Shown here: one piece after another, positions 30,001 to 61,879 of the stretch | Position numbering within the stretch: the first letter of the stretch is position 1 | Layout of the letters: each line of letters opens with the position of its first letter | DNA from: Octopus sinensis | Taxonomy: Eukaryota | Length of the DNA stretch: 64,000 bases | NCBI RefSeq assembly: GCF_006345805.1 | Contig: NC_043022.1 | Location: 17,050,001 to 17,114,000 of the forward strand | Direction of reading: 5' to 3' | The notes under the pieces: generated by a model | Told to the model about the DNA's origin: nothing | The model's database searches: none | The model's input: only the letters and a program-made list of their open reading frames with translations | Position numbers and translations under genes: made by a program

Positions 30001-31789
30001 TACGATTATAAAGAAATTGTGGGGGAAATCTTTTCCAAAAGTGTAGGGCAAAGGGCTTCGAAAATTCAATAGATCCGACCTTTTTCCCTCGAATTTTAGG
30101 AAAATGGATTTAATTTTCAATGAAATTTTATGGAAATACCTTTCAAATGGCATACATTACGATTATAAAGAAATTTGTGGGGGAAATTTTCCAAAAGTGT
30201 AAGGCAAAGGGCTTCGAAAATTCAATAGATCCGACCTTTTTCCCTCGTAAATTTTAGGAAAATGGATTTAATTTTCAATGAAATTTTATGGAAATACCTT
30301 TCAAATGGCATACAGTACGATTATAAAGAAATTGTGGGGGAAATCTTTTCCAAAAGTGTAGGGCAAAGGGCTTCGAAAATTCAATAGATCCGACCTTTTC
30401 CCTCGTAAATTTTAGGAAAATGGATTTAATTTTCAATGAAATTTTATGGAAATACCTTTCAAATGGCATACATTACGATTATAAAGAAATTTGTGGGGGA
30501 AATCTTTTCCAAAAGTGTAAGGCAAAGGGCTTCGAAAATTCAATAGATCCGACTTTTTCCCTCGTAAATTTTAGGAAAATGGATTTAATTTTCAATGAAA
30601 TTTTATGGAAATACCTTTCAAATGGCATACATTACGATTATAAAGAAATTTGTGGGGGAAATCTTTTCCAAAAGTGTAGGGCAAAGGGCTTCGAAAATTC
30701 AAAAGATCCGACCTTTTTCCCTCGTAAATTTTAGGAAAATGGATTTAATTTTCAATGAAATTTTATGGAAATACCTTTCAAATGGCATACATTACGATTA
30801 TAAAGAAATTGTGGGGGGGAAATCTTTTCTAAAAGTGTAGGGCAAAGGGCTTCGAAAATTCAATAGATCCGACTTTTCCCTCGTAAATTTTAGGAAAATG
30901 GATTTAATTTTCAATGAAATTTTATGGAATACCTTTCAAATGGCATACATTACGATTATAAAGAAATTTGTGGGGGAAATCTTTTCCAAAAGTGTAGGCA
31001 AAGGGCTTCGAAAATTCAAAATCCGACCTTTTTCCCTCGTAAATTTTAGGAAAATGGATTTAATTTTCAATGAAATTTTATGGAAATACCTTTCAAATGG
31101 CATACATTACGATTATAAAGAAATTTGTGGGGGAAATCTTTTCCAAACGTGTAGGGCAAAGGGCTTCGAAAATTCAATAGATCCGACCTTTTTCCCTTGT
31201 AAATTTTAGGAAAATGGATTTAATTTTCAATGAAATTTTATGGAAATACCTTTCAAATGGCATACATTATGATTATAAAGAAATTTATGGGGGAAATCTT
31301 TTCCAAAAGGGTGGGGGAAAGGGCTTCGAAAATTCAAAAGATCCAAGGTTTTCCCTTGTAAATTTTAGGAAAATGGATTTAATTTTCAATGAAATTTTAT
31401 GGAAATACCTTTCAAATGGCATACATTATGATTATAAAGAAATTTGTGGGGGAAATCTTTTCCAAAAGTGTAGGGCAAAGGGCTTCGAAAATTCAAAAGA
31501 TCCAAGGTTTTCCCTTGTAAATTTTAGGAAAATGGATTTAATTTTCAATGAAATTTTATGGAAATACCCTTCAAATGGCATACATTACGATTATGAAGAA
31601 ATTTATGGGGGAAATCTTTTCCAAAAGGGTGGGGGAAAGGGCTTCGAAAATTCAAAAGATCCAAGCCGTTCCCTCGTAAATTTTAGGAAAATGGATTTAT
31701 TTTTCAATGAAATTTCATGGAAATACCCTTCAAAAGGCATACATTACGATTATAAAGAAATTTATGGGGCAAATCTTTTCCAAAAGTGT
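1..31789. repeat. Tandem satellite array, 158-160-bp monomer, ~200 copies, head-to-tail, truncated by the left window edge
   Basis: Monomer consensus ~GAAAATTCAA(A/T)AGATCCGA(CC/GG/AC)TTTTCCCTCGTAAATTTTAGGAAAATGGATTTATTTTTCAATGAAATTTTATGGAAATACCTTTCAAATGGCATACATTACGATTATAAAGAAATTT(A/G)TGGGGGAAATCTTTTCCAAAAG(TGTA/GGTG)GGG(C/G)AAAGGGCTTC. CGTAAATTTT recurs at 16741, 16901, 17061, 17221, 17381, 17541, 17701, 17861 (160-bp period). The 53-aa repeating ORFs show 159-bp units. The array stops abruptly at ...CCAAAAGTGT 31789. Confidence 0.99.
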
Positions 31790-32271
31790 GCTGAAATGAC
31801 TATGGGTATTGATTTTATAAATTCGTTCTATTGGCATAATGCTGTATATGTGTAATATTCCGATATCCTTTGAGTAAAATCCAAAAGTCCAACAGAGTTT
31901 AATATGAGTCCATCCCAAAGTAAAGTTTACAAGCAATCTAAGATCCCATAAATGTTGTTCGTTCCCTTTAGGGAATTTATATAGAATGTTGCAGATTCGA
32001 GGTTTGTGTTGAAATACATTCATATACATATATATATATATACATACACGTTTCCGAAGAATTAAACGCATTAAAATATTATCTTTTACATACCTGCTAA
32101 AATTACTGGATATCTTGATCCCAGGGCATCAATTGTTTCCACTTACCTTTAGAAATTTTTCGCTCTGAAAATTTAAGCGGCCGACAAATTAGTCTACGCT
32201 TTCGTGTGGAGAGAGAGTGAAGGGGAGAGAGAGAGAAAGATAGAGAGGTGAGAGAGGGGGAAAGAGTGAGA

Positions 32272-32470
32272 GAAGGGGAGGGAAGGTTTGAGCGAGACAG
32301 AGAAGGGGAGGGAGGAATTGAGCGAGAGATAGAAGGGGAGGGAGGGATTGAGCGAGAGAGAGAGAAGGGGAGGGAGGAATTGAGCGAGAGATAGAAGGGG
32401 AGGGAGGAATTGAGCGAGAGAGAGAGAAGGGAGGGAGGAATTGAGCGAGAGAGAGAGAGAGAGAGAGAGA
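32272..32470. repeat. GA-rich minisatellite, ~30-32-bp unit (AGAAGGGGAGGGAGGAATTGAGCGAGAGAT), ~6 copies, within a wider GA tract
   Basis: Direct reading of tandem units. Confidence 0.9.
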
Positions 32471-33369
32471 AGGGGGGAGGGATGGGGCAAAGTTGTGTTT
32501 TGTTATTTTATGTACTTTTTTTTTTCGCCTGTACAAAATTAATTTTGAAATGCAGGGTTTTTTCGCAGATTCGGAATCTCCGCCGTCGGTATAGTGTTCA
32601 TGTAAAAATAAAACAAAAAAAATATCCATGATCTTTACCCCCCCCCCCCCCCGATTTATATCTATGCATAAGGGGGCACGTAGATAAACTAGACGAAGCC
32701 CCGTTTTGGAAGTATGTTAAAGTTTTTAGTAGACGTATGACGGAGAATTATTCAACATCGTGTTTGCTTCTATGAGGATCTCTAACCTTTAAAGCGAAAA
32801 AACACAAGACCCACGTATACCCCGGGTATGTATAACATGCTGTTTCACTTCTATTTCAGCAGTTCATTTTCTGTGAGCTGTAGAGACTGTTGCGCTCGCG
32901 CGCCCTTCATTGCTGGGTAGGGAAGGGGTACGTGGATCAATTTTGGAGTTTATCAGGGTACATATGTTCCTCATGCATTCCAAAACCGAGTTGTCGATTT
33001 TCACGTATGGGGTGTCAAAAGATTCAGTACTATTTCCACTACTAACTAAACTTTATTTTCATTGACATATTTGAATTACAATAATTTAAAATTATAATCT
33101 TTTCCCTAAGTTATCAACCGTAAACATTTCATACAATGACCATGATAACCTCACGTTTTCTATATGAGTGTCTGCCTCAAAAGACATCCATCATCACCTT
33201 CACTCACTCTATTTCTCTCTCCCTTTCTCTTTCACACACATGCGCGCACAGACTCACAAAATCCTAATCTTGCTCTGACGTCATGGCTCCACGCAACTGT
33301 TGCAATATCACTCTTTATGGAGGAGTTCTCCGTTTCCACGCTCAAACTAATTTTGCCATTACATATTTC

Positions 33370-33580
33370 ATGGAACACGGTGTCCTGCTGTTTACCCACA
33401 ATTGGTGTGCTTCCATCCCCATAACTTAGTAGTTTGGCAAAAAAAGACCGATAGAATAAGTTACAGGCTTAAAAGAAAACTAATTACTGGAATCGATTCA
33501 TTCAACTAAAAATTCTTCGAGGAATTGCTCCAGCGTGGCCGCAGTCAACTGACTGAAACAAGTAAAAGAGTAAAAAAATG
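33370..33580 (+). mobile_element. 3' part of an abundant tRNA-derived SINE family
   Basis: ...CCCATAACTTAGTAGTTTGGCAAAA..GACCGATAGAATAAG...CCAGCGTGGCCGCAGTCAACTGACTGAAACAAGTAAAAGAG; the same tail recurs at 44.8, 49.1, 49.4, 54.9 and 63.9 kb. Confidence 0.8.
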
Positions 33581-33604
33581 AAAAGATATTTTTGTTTTTG
33601 AAAC

Positions 33605-33610
33605 TTTATT
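33605..33610 (-). terminator. Candidate polyadenylation signal (AATAAA) for SUMF2
   Basis: Plus-strand TTTATT ~60 nt beyond the stop codon, followed on the minus strand by a U-rich tract. A second AATAAA lies at 33052-33057. Confidence 0.45.
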
Positions 33611-33671
33611 ACAGAAAGATTTTATGAAAGGAACCAGAAAAAAAAACAAGAAAAAACTAAATCCAAAGTCG

Positions 33672-55148
<21,477 letters not shown>

Positions 55149-55817
55149 GATGAAAAATTAATTAACTTTCACAACGGTTGTCTTTTTCTTTTTAGTTTCC
55201 TTTTTTTTTTGTTAGAATCAAACCCGTTTCTTTCTTCTTTTTCCTTAAAATCACACTTTTTCTGAAAATATTTTTTCACTTCTTTTCTTAATTTTACATT
55301 CAATAATCCAGAATGAAGGGAAAACAAAATAAATAAAAAACGAAAGGTTTTCTTTTTCTCCTTTTTTTCTTTGTCCGAATTTCAATGTGTTTTTCAAAAT
55401 AAATTATATATCCTAATTATGAAATTACAATTCTCTTCAAATAACGTCAATATTTGCCTTCAATTTTCTTTGAGCGAGAAATAAATTGTGAAGAAAACCT
55501 TAAGAAAAAACCCAACGAAGCAGACGAGACGTCCTTGTTGGTTTGAATTACGTCAGTAAAATGTCTGGGCAAGAAAAAATTGCTCCTCTTCCCCTCGCCT
55601 TCTATTTTTATGTTTATAGGTAAAAAGAAGCCAACGTGGAGGGTAAAAATAAAGTAGAAACATGAGATAAGGTCTTGGTTTGTTTCGTGCAATATCAGTT
55701 TGGTTTCGTTGGCAATCGATTTTGAAAACGTTGACTCACAAATTGAGGGTAACAGCTTGGCAGTAACGGATATAAAGACGTTGACAGGGTGGGAATCTAT
55801 CAGACACCGCACACGCT

Positions 55818-55837
55818 CACACACACGCACACGCACG

Positions 55838-55894
<57 letters not shown>

Positions 55895-56160
55895 GTTAAG
55901 AGCAGCAAGAACAATGACAAGAACAACACTATTCAAATAGGTGTCCACATCCGTTGGCTAATAACGGTGATGATTTGGAATTGATCAGTCATCGATGAAA
56001 CTAATAGTGGTGGTGGCGGTGGTGGCAGTTGCGATGTTGGTGGTGGCGTTGATGGCAGTGGCAGTGATGCCGCTGGTGGTGGTGGCGGTGGCGATGTTAG
56101 TAGTGGCCGTGGTGGTGTTGGTGGTGGTGATGCCGAATGGTGGTGGTGGTGGTGACGGTG
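55818..56160. repeat. (CA)n tract (55818-55890) and degenerate (GGT)n tract (56005-56160)
   Basis: Direct reading. Confidence 0.9.
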
Positions 56161-56756
56161 TAATGGAATTGGGTCAAGAAAAGAAAAGGTTTCTTTGTTA
56201 GAATTTTCCTAAACAAACCAAAAGACGTTCAAGATATTTGGTAACCGGAGGACATAACGTATGAACCGGTCTCAAAAAGAGGAATTCGAGAAAATCTTTT
56301 AAGTAGACATTTCCATTGGTTGACTGCTTTAGTTCTTCATTTCAGCCCCTAGGTCACCTGGTGGAGGTCCGTGTCTCAACGGAACTGATTGACGTGGGTC
56401 TTATCTGGATAACCAAACCGCGTATATCCATGTTGGCATTAAAGGGACCGTCGATCGTGAAGAATAGAGTATTTTTCTCCCCATCTCACACGAAGCCATT
56501 CGTGTTTGTTATCAATGTAACTACACTCATTTCCGGCAGACCCTTGGCCAGCATCTATAATCTAGTCTGCTGGTTCCAGCGGTCTGTCTGTCAAGTCGAA
56601 TAGAGAAATAGATATAGAGAGAGGGGCGTGGGGGAGAGAAACGTGAGAAAATAGAGAAGACATAAGAGAAAGAGGTGGGGGGGGGAGAAGGTCTATATTC
56701 TGCATTTGTGTGTTCAAATCACGGACACATTACATGAAATATCATAATGAAATAAT

Positions 56757-57131
56757 CTTTTCTACTCTAAGTACAAGACGCGAAATTTTGGGGAAGGGGG
56801 GGGGCAGACGATTAGATGCACCCCAGTACGTAACTGGTATTTAATCTATCGATCCCGAAAGTCGATCTCGGCGGAATTTGAACTCAGACAAAATACCTGC
56901 TAAGCATTTCGCCCGGCGTGCTAACGCTTATTTCTTTATTGCCCACAAGGGGCTAAACATAGAGGGGACAAACAAGGACAGACAAACGGGTTAAGTCGAT
57001 TATATCGACCCCAGTGCGTAACTGGTACTTATTTAATCGACCCCGAAACGATGAAAGGCAAAGTCGACCTCGGCGGAATTTGAACTCAGAACGTAGCGGC
57101 AGACGAAATACCGATTCTGCCAGCTCACCGC
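56757..57131 (-). mobile_element. Two tandem tRNA-derived SINE units
   Basis: Same arrangement and motifs as 48022-48415. Confidence 0.88.
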
Positions 57132-58204
57132 TTTAAGGATTATAAATGATAAACATTTAATTAACATATGTTTTATCTCCTTAATTCATCTTGTAATTCC
57201 ATTAAAACATATTTAAAGAAACTAAATAAGCAAAACCATCTAAATTCATTTCGATTATGCTTAAAAATGCAGTTTTAATTAAATGGCAGGATTTCAAAAG
57301 ATTCTTTGACAAATTCCTTGCTTGTATTTAATATATTAAGGCAATGTTTCTCAAACACTAAATTACACCTTTAGACTTTCCCGCTAGTCTGTATAATTAT
57401 GTAAATATTGTGATATCCTCCTGTGAAAATAAATGTTATTCAAGCAACGTTCGGAGTTGGCTTTAAAATGGGGCAGCAGACAGTCTAGACATCATACCAA
57501 TATATTGACAGCCATCTAAACCTCTCTCTGATTTTTTATTACCCACAAGGGATCTAAACCTCTCTCAACCGTATATGCACCTCATAAAGACAGCAGCGTG
57601 CCCAGACAGAGAAACGGGAAATAAAATTCCAACATGCAGTTTTATTTTATTTTCATTCCATTATTACTGTCACTGGAAAAGATTTGGTTCGGCCATTATT
57701 TTATTATTATTATTTTTTATTGTCAGCATCATTGAGGTTCTGTAATTTTATTGTCTCGATATTATTATTGTAATATTACTTTTATACTTGTTTTTATATC
57801 ACTACAACCGTTGTGTAACCAACTGATCGGTGGGGAATAATAGACAGAGTATACCCGGGGAAATTCAAAGAAATCCAACAGCGCTCGATCGCATTCCACC
57901 CGAGAAAGCACTCATTCACAGCTGTTGCTGAAAAAATATCTAATTATAGTAGAGAAATTCTAAAGAATTATCTTATATAATGATATGTAGATGTAAACTC
58001 GGTAACTTTAAGCTGGTGTCCTGTGCAAAAACAAATGTGATTTCCTTTTTAAAGCCTGGGATTTTCCATTTTTGTGCTATAGTGAGTGTCTGTGTGAAGG
58101 TGCCTGGCTTAGTGGTTAGTGTGTTCGGCTCATCGTCGAATTCACGAAATCCCTTTACCTTGTTGTCTTGAGGGTATTCATGCGAGGCCGCGTGTGAATT
58201 GTAT

Positions 58205-58588
58205 ATGGAAGCACTCCGTCGGTTACGACGACGAGGGTTCCGGTTGATCCGAATCAACGGAACAGCCTGCTCGTGAAATTAACGTGTAAGTGGTTGAGCA
58301 CTCCACAGACACGTGTACCCTTAACGTAGTTCTCGGGGATATTCAGCGTGACACAGAGAGTGACAAGGCCGGCCCTTTGAAATACAGGTACAACAGAAAC
58401 AGGAAGTAAGAGTGAGAGAAAGTTGTGGTGAAAGAGTACAGCAGGGATCACCACCATCCCCTGCCGGAGCCTCGTGGAGCTTTAGGTGTTTTCGCTCAAT
58501 AAACACTCACAACGCCCGGTCTGGGAATCGAAACCGCGATCCTATGACCGCGAGTCCGCTGCCCTAACCACTGGGCCATTGCGCCTCC
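58205..58588 (-). mobile_element. Full-length tRNA-derived SINE (third family)
   Basis: Minus-strand head GGAGGCGCAATGGCCCAGTGGTTAGGGCAGCGGACTCGCGGTC (A-box) and GGTTTCGATTCCC (B-box); body shared with 40300-40395. Confidence 0.88.
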
Positions 58589-59474
58589 ACGAATTGTATA
58601 ACAACACCATGAAAAACATTTAATTGTTAACTTTTATTCAACCGCATCAGTAATATTTAAGAATTAGAAAATTCCCAGAACAATTCAACACAGTTGAAAG
58701 AAGAATTTTCTGCAGCATCCATAAATAGTTGATTACAAAGGTTCTGTACTGAAAGTGGTCGAAACAGGAGAAGATATACACATTAGGTTCATACGTATCA
58801 AAGATGGGTAGAAATCGCAAAAACGACTTTTATAAACGGCATCGAGTGCGTGGAACCGGACCGTGGCCTGTCACACACTGAAAGGTGTACCATGATGTAC
58901 CCTTGTACAACGACCTTCCAGAAGGATCTAGCATGATCTGTCATGTGAAGTCAGGCTACCGATTAGTCAATAGCTTGACCTCTCACGTGCGCATTGTGGT
59001 TACTAAAACTTCGCAAAGTAACGGCTCGGTTTCGAGTCTTGCTACAAACCGTTTTGTTCCCGCTGCCATATTTGCACACTTTAAGTACAATATTCTAGTT
59101 TTCCTGCAACAAATCTCGTTGCTTTATGCAAAAAAAAAAAAAAATTTAAAAAAAGCTAAAAAGCTGCTAAGAATGATATAGTTGTTTTGAACTATTTTCA
59201 CAGTTGATAAACTCGGTCGTAATCATCCAGCATGGCTTCTGCGCGCAACTCATGTTATTTCTGTTGATTTGTTCCTTGTTACTGTAGAAGTCAAGTACCA
59301 GGTTGGACACCTTTAACAACATGGAAGTATCTCAGAAATATTAAGAAACACTTCGATTTTTTACCCAAAACACTCATACATTCTGCACGTGCGTTTTTCT
59401 TTTGTATAAAAGACGGCCTTGTGATGTTTCTACAAAGAACTCTTGCTTTAGTTTTCCCATATTTTACACTTTTC

Positions 59475-59945
59475 ACTCAACGAGTCGCAGTATATTTCGT
59501 TAATAATGAGTCAATAACAAGTTAATGAGTCGCTGTATATTTCTTAATAACGAGTCACTGAGCTGCTATACATTTTTAGTAATGTATCAATGAGTCGCTA
59601 TATATTTCTTGACAATGAGTCAATGAGTCGCTATATATTTCTTGACAATGAGTCACTATATATTTCTTGACAATGAGTCAATGAGTCGCTATATATTTCT
59701 TGACAATGAGTCGCTATATATTTCTTGACAATGAGTCAATGAGTCGCTATATATTTCTTGACAATGAGTCAATGAGTCGCTATATATTTCTTGACAATGA
59801 GTCAATGAGTCGCTATATATTTCTTGACAATGAGTCAATGAGGCGCTGTATATTAATAACGAGTCACTGAAACTGTATCTTTCTTAACAACGAGCCAATG
59901 AGACGCTGTATATTTCTTAATAACGAGTCAATGACTCACTGTATA
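59475..59945. repeat. 25/33-bp minisatellite (AATGAGTC)1-2 GCTATATATTTCTTGAC
   Basis: Near-perfect core at 59589-59840 with degenerate flanking units. Confidence 0.93.
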
Positions 59946-60183
59946 TTTCATAATCGACTTTGACTCCCGCCATTCAACGCGGCCATTTGACTCGTGGTAT
60001 TTCACAACTTGTTACAACATTCCACAGTTACCGACACAATGTATCTGAGGTGTTTAAACATGGCAACATCTTCAACCTCTCCCACAATCCTACGCATCAT
60101 CTAGTTTAACACCTCAGATCTCAGAAATAGGGGTTATCCCACCCACCCCTTTATTTTAATCCCAACACATATCGAGAAGAATC

Positions 60184-60260
60184 ATAATTAACAACTCCAA
60201 TTATAATTAACAACTCCACCAATTATAATTAACAACTTCGCCAATTATAATTAACAACTT
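60184..60260. repeat. 19-22-bp tandem repeat (CCAATTATAATTAACAACT) x4
   Basis: Direct reading. Confidence 0.85.
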
Positions 60261-60591
60261 TATTAACTATAACTAATAACTTCGCAAAACGTTCGTCAAT
60301 AGGAGATCGATAGAATGAGTACCAGGCTTTAAAAAACATCAAGTGCTCTAATCGATTTATTCCACTAAATCCCTTGAAGGGGGTGCTCCAGCATGGGGAC
60401 AGTTCAATGACTAAAAACAAGTAAAAGATAAAGAGACAAAAGATAATTAATGGCCGTACTAATTATAACCAACAATTTACTCCAGCCTTTTATTTTACGG
60501 TTTGAAACCTCACGAATTTGTTGTCCATCAGAATCTCTCTAGGCTATCTCTTCCCCTTTTAAATAATCTAATTTCTACCACCACCACCCAC

Positions 60592-60638
<47 letters not shown>

Positions 60639-60943
60639 CTGTTTCCTTTAAATCGTATACTTTGTACCGCCATGATTTTGACAGACATCATAACTATTGT
60701 TCCCTGATTTTGTTTGCCCTTTACTCTTACAAATCTTTACTCTTTACACTAATACACACGCACGCACGCGTATACACACACATACATGCATACACGCATA
60801 CATGCATACACGCATACATACATACATACATACATACATACATTTCTATAGCCCTACATTATCTCTTCATAAGGATCGTCTCGTATGTAGGTATATATGT
60901 ACATATGTATATTTGCATGCATGTATATCTTTATATATATATC

Positions 60944-60975
<32 letters not shown>

Positions 60976-61137
60976 GTGTGTAAGTTTGTCTGTATATATG
61001 GTACGGTTTGATTGGCTATATTCACGATTGTAACTCTGTCCTTACTTCGTGTTATCAATGTCTCTTTTCAGAAACTATTTTTCACACCCACCCACCCATC
61101 CATCAATACATACATACATATATACATATACATATAT

Positions 61138-61182
<45 letters not shown>

Positions 61183-61185
<3 letters not shown>

Positions 61186-61645
61186 GAAGTATATTTGCCA
61201 CCTAAATGTGGTTAACCCTTAAGGGTCGATGCTACTGTAGCTTGTAGCTCCAGGAAGACATCTCCTCCTGCTGGCCATTGACACACTATCTGTGTCCTAT
61301 GAATATTTGCAAAGGGAAGTGATCGTTCCCATCCGCAGCCTGACGTGATACACATGGACCTGAGTTTCTGAGTATTGACCCTTCATCAGCGTGTGACAAC
61401 CACCGGTTGGCGATGGGAAGTGGTTCTCAATATATATATATACTTTTCCTGGTGACGAAAAGTCACTGATCTCGAAAAAAGTGAAAACAAGCAATAATAA
61501 ATCTCTGAGCGAGGTATAAACAGTAGCTGCACGACATTGTGAAGTATATTTGTCCCTTAAATGTAGCTAACCCTTAAGGGCCGATGCTACTGTAGCGTGT
61601 AACCCCCAGGAAGACATCTCCTCCAGCTGGCGATTGACAGCTATA
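61183..61645 (+). repeat. Two diverged ~110-bp direct repeats (TGAAGTATATTTG...AACCCTTAAGGG.CGATGCTACTGTAGC...CAGGAAGACATCTCCTCC)
   Basis: Copies at ~61183-61290 and ~61538-61645. Confidence 0.75.
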
Positions 61646-61666
61646 TGGATATGGGAAATCCACAGC

Positions 61667-61815
61667 CTACGTTCTGAGTTCAAATTCCGCCGAGGTCGAC
61701 TTTGCTTTTCATCCTTTCGGGGTCGATAAAAAAAGTACCAGTTTCGCACTTAATCCCTTTGTCTGTCCTTGTTTGTCCCCTCTATGTTTAGCCCCTTGTG
61801 GGCAGTAAAGAAATA
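61667..61815 (+). mobile_element. 5'-truncated, internally deleted tRNA-derived SINE
   Basis: CTACGTTCTGAGTTCAAATTCCGCCGAGGTCGAC...TTTAGCCCCTTGTGGGCAGTAAAGAAATA. Confidence 0.85.
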
Positions 61816-61879
61816 TATAACATGGTTCGTTATCAAATGTATACCCCCTCGCCACCCCCACTTTTTTTCTGAACCAAAA

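Noticed and set aside
3900-31000. Scattered single-base indel monomers (e.g. ~3.9, 7.1, 9.2-9.5, 23-24.5 and 29-31 kb)
   Set aside because: Almost all are homopolymer length changes occurring in clusters, consistent with long-read consensus error. They were not used as biological markers.
1-31789. CRISPR-like array or CENP-B box in the monomer
   Set aside because: There are no unique spacers and the context is eukaryotic. TTCG is present but is not followed by the NNNNANNCGGG pattern of a CENP-B box on either strand.
1-31855. Dozens of ORFs encoding a 53-aa repeat (MDLFFNEILWKYPSKGIHYDYKEIYGGNLFQK...) and 60-70-aa antisense ORFs
   Set aside because: These are translations of the 159-bp monomer. 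Fixed variants create stops (AAGTGAAGG, CATTAAGAT), the 158- and 160-bp monomers shift the frame, and variation tracks CpG mutability rather than codon position. No splice or promoter context. Ribosome profiling would be needed to revive the idea.
56316-56603. 95-aa ORF with coding-like composition upstream of SUMF2
   Set aside because: No recognisable motif on either strand; the minus frames contain several stops; no partner exons found.
58205-58588. Apparent tRNA gene
   Set aside because: A and B boxes are present but no complete cloverleaf or acceptor stem; it continues into a SINE body shared with another copy.
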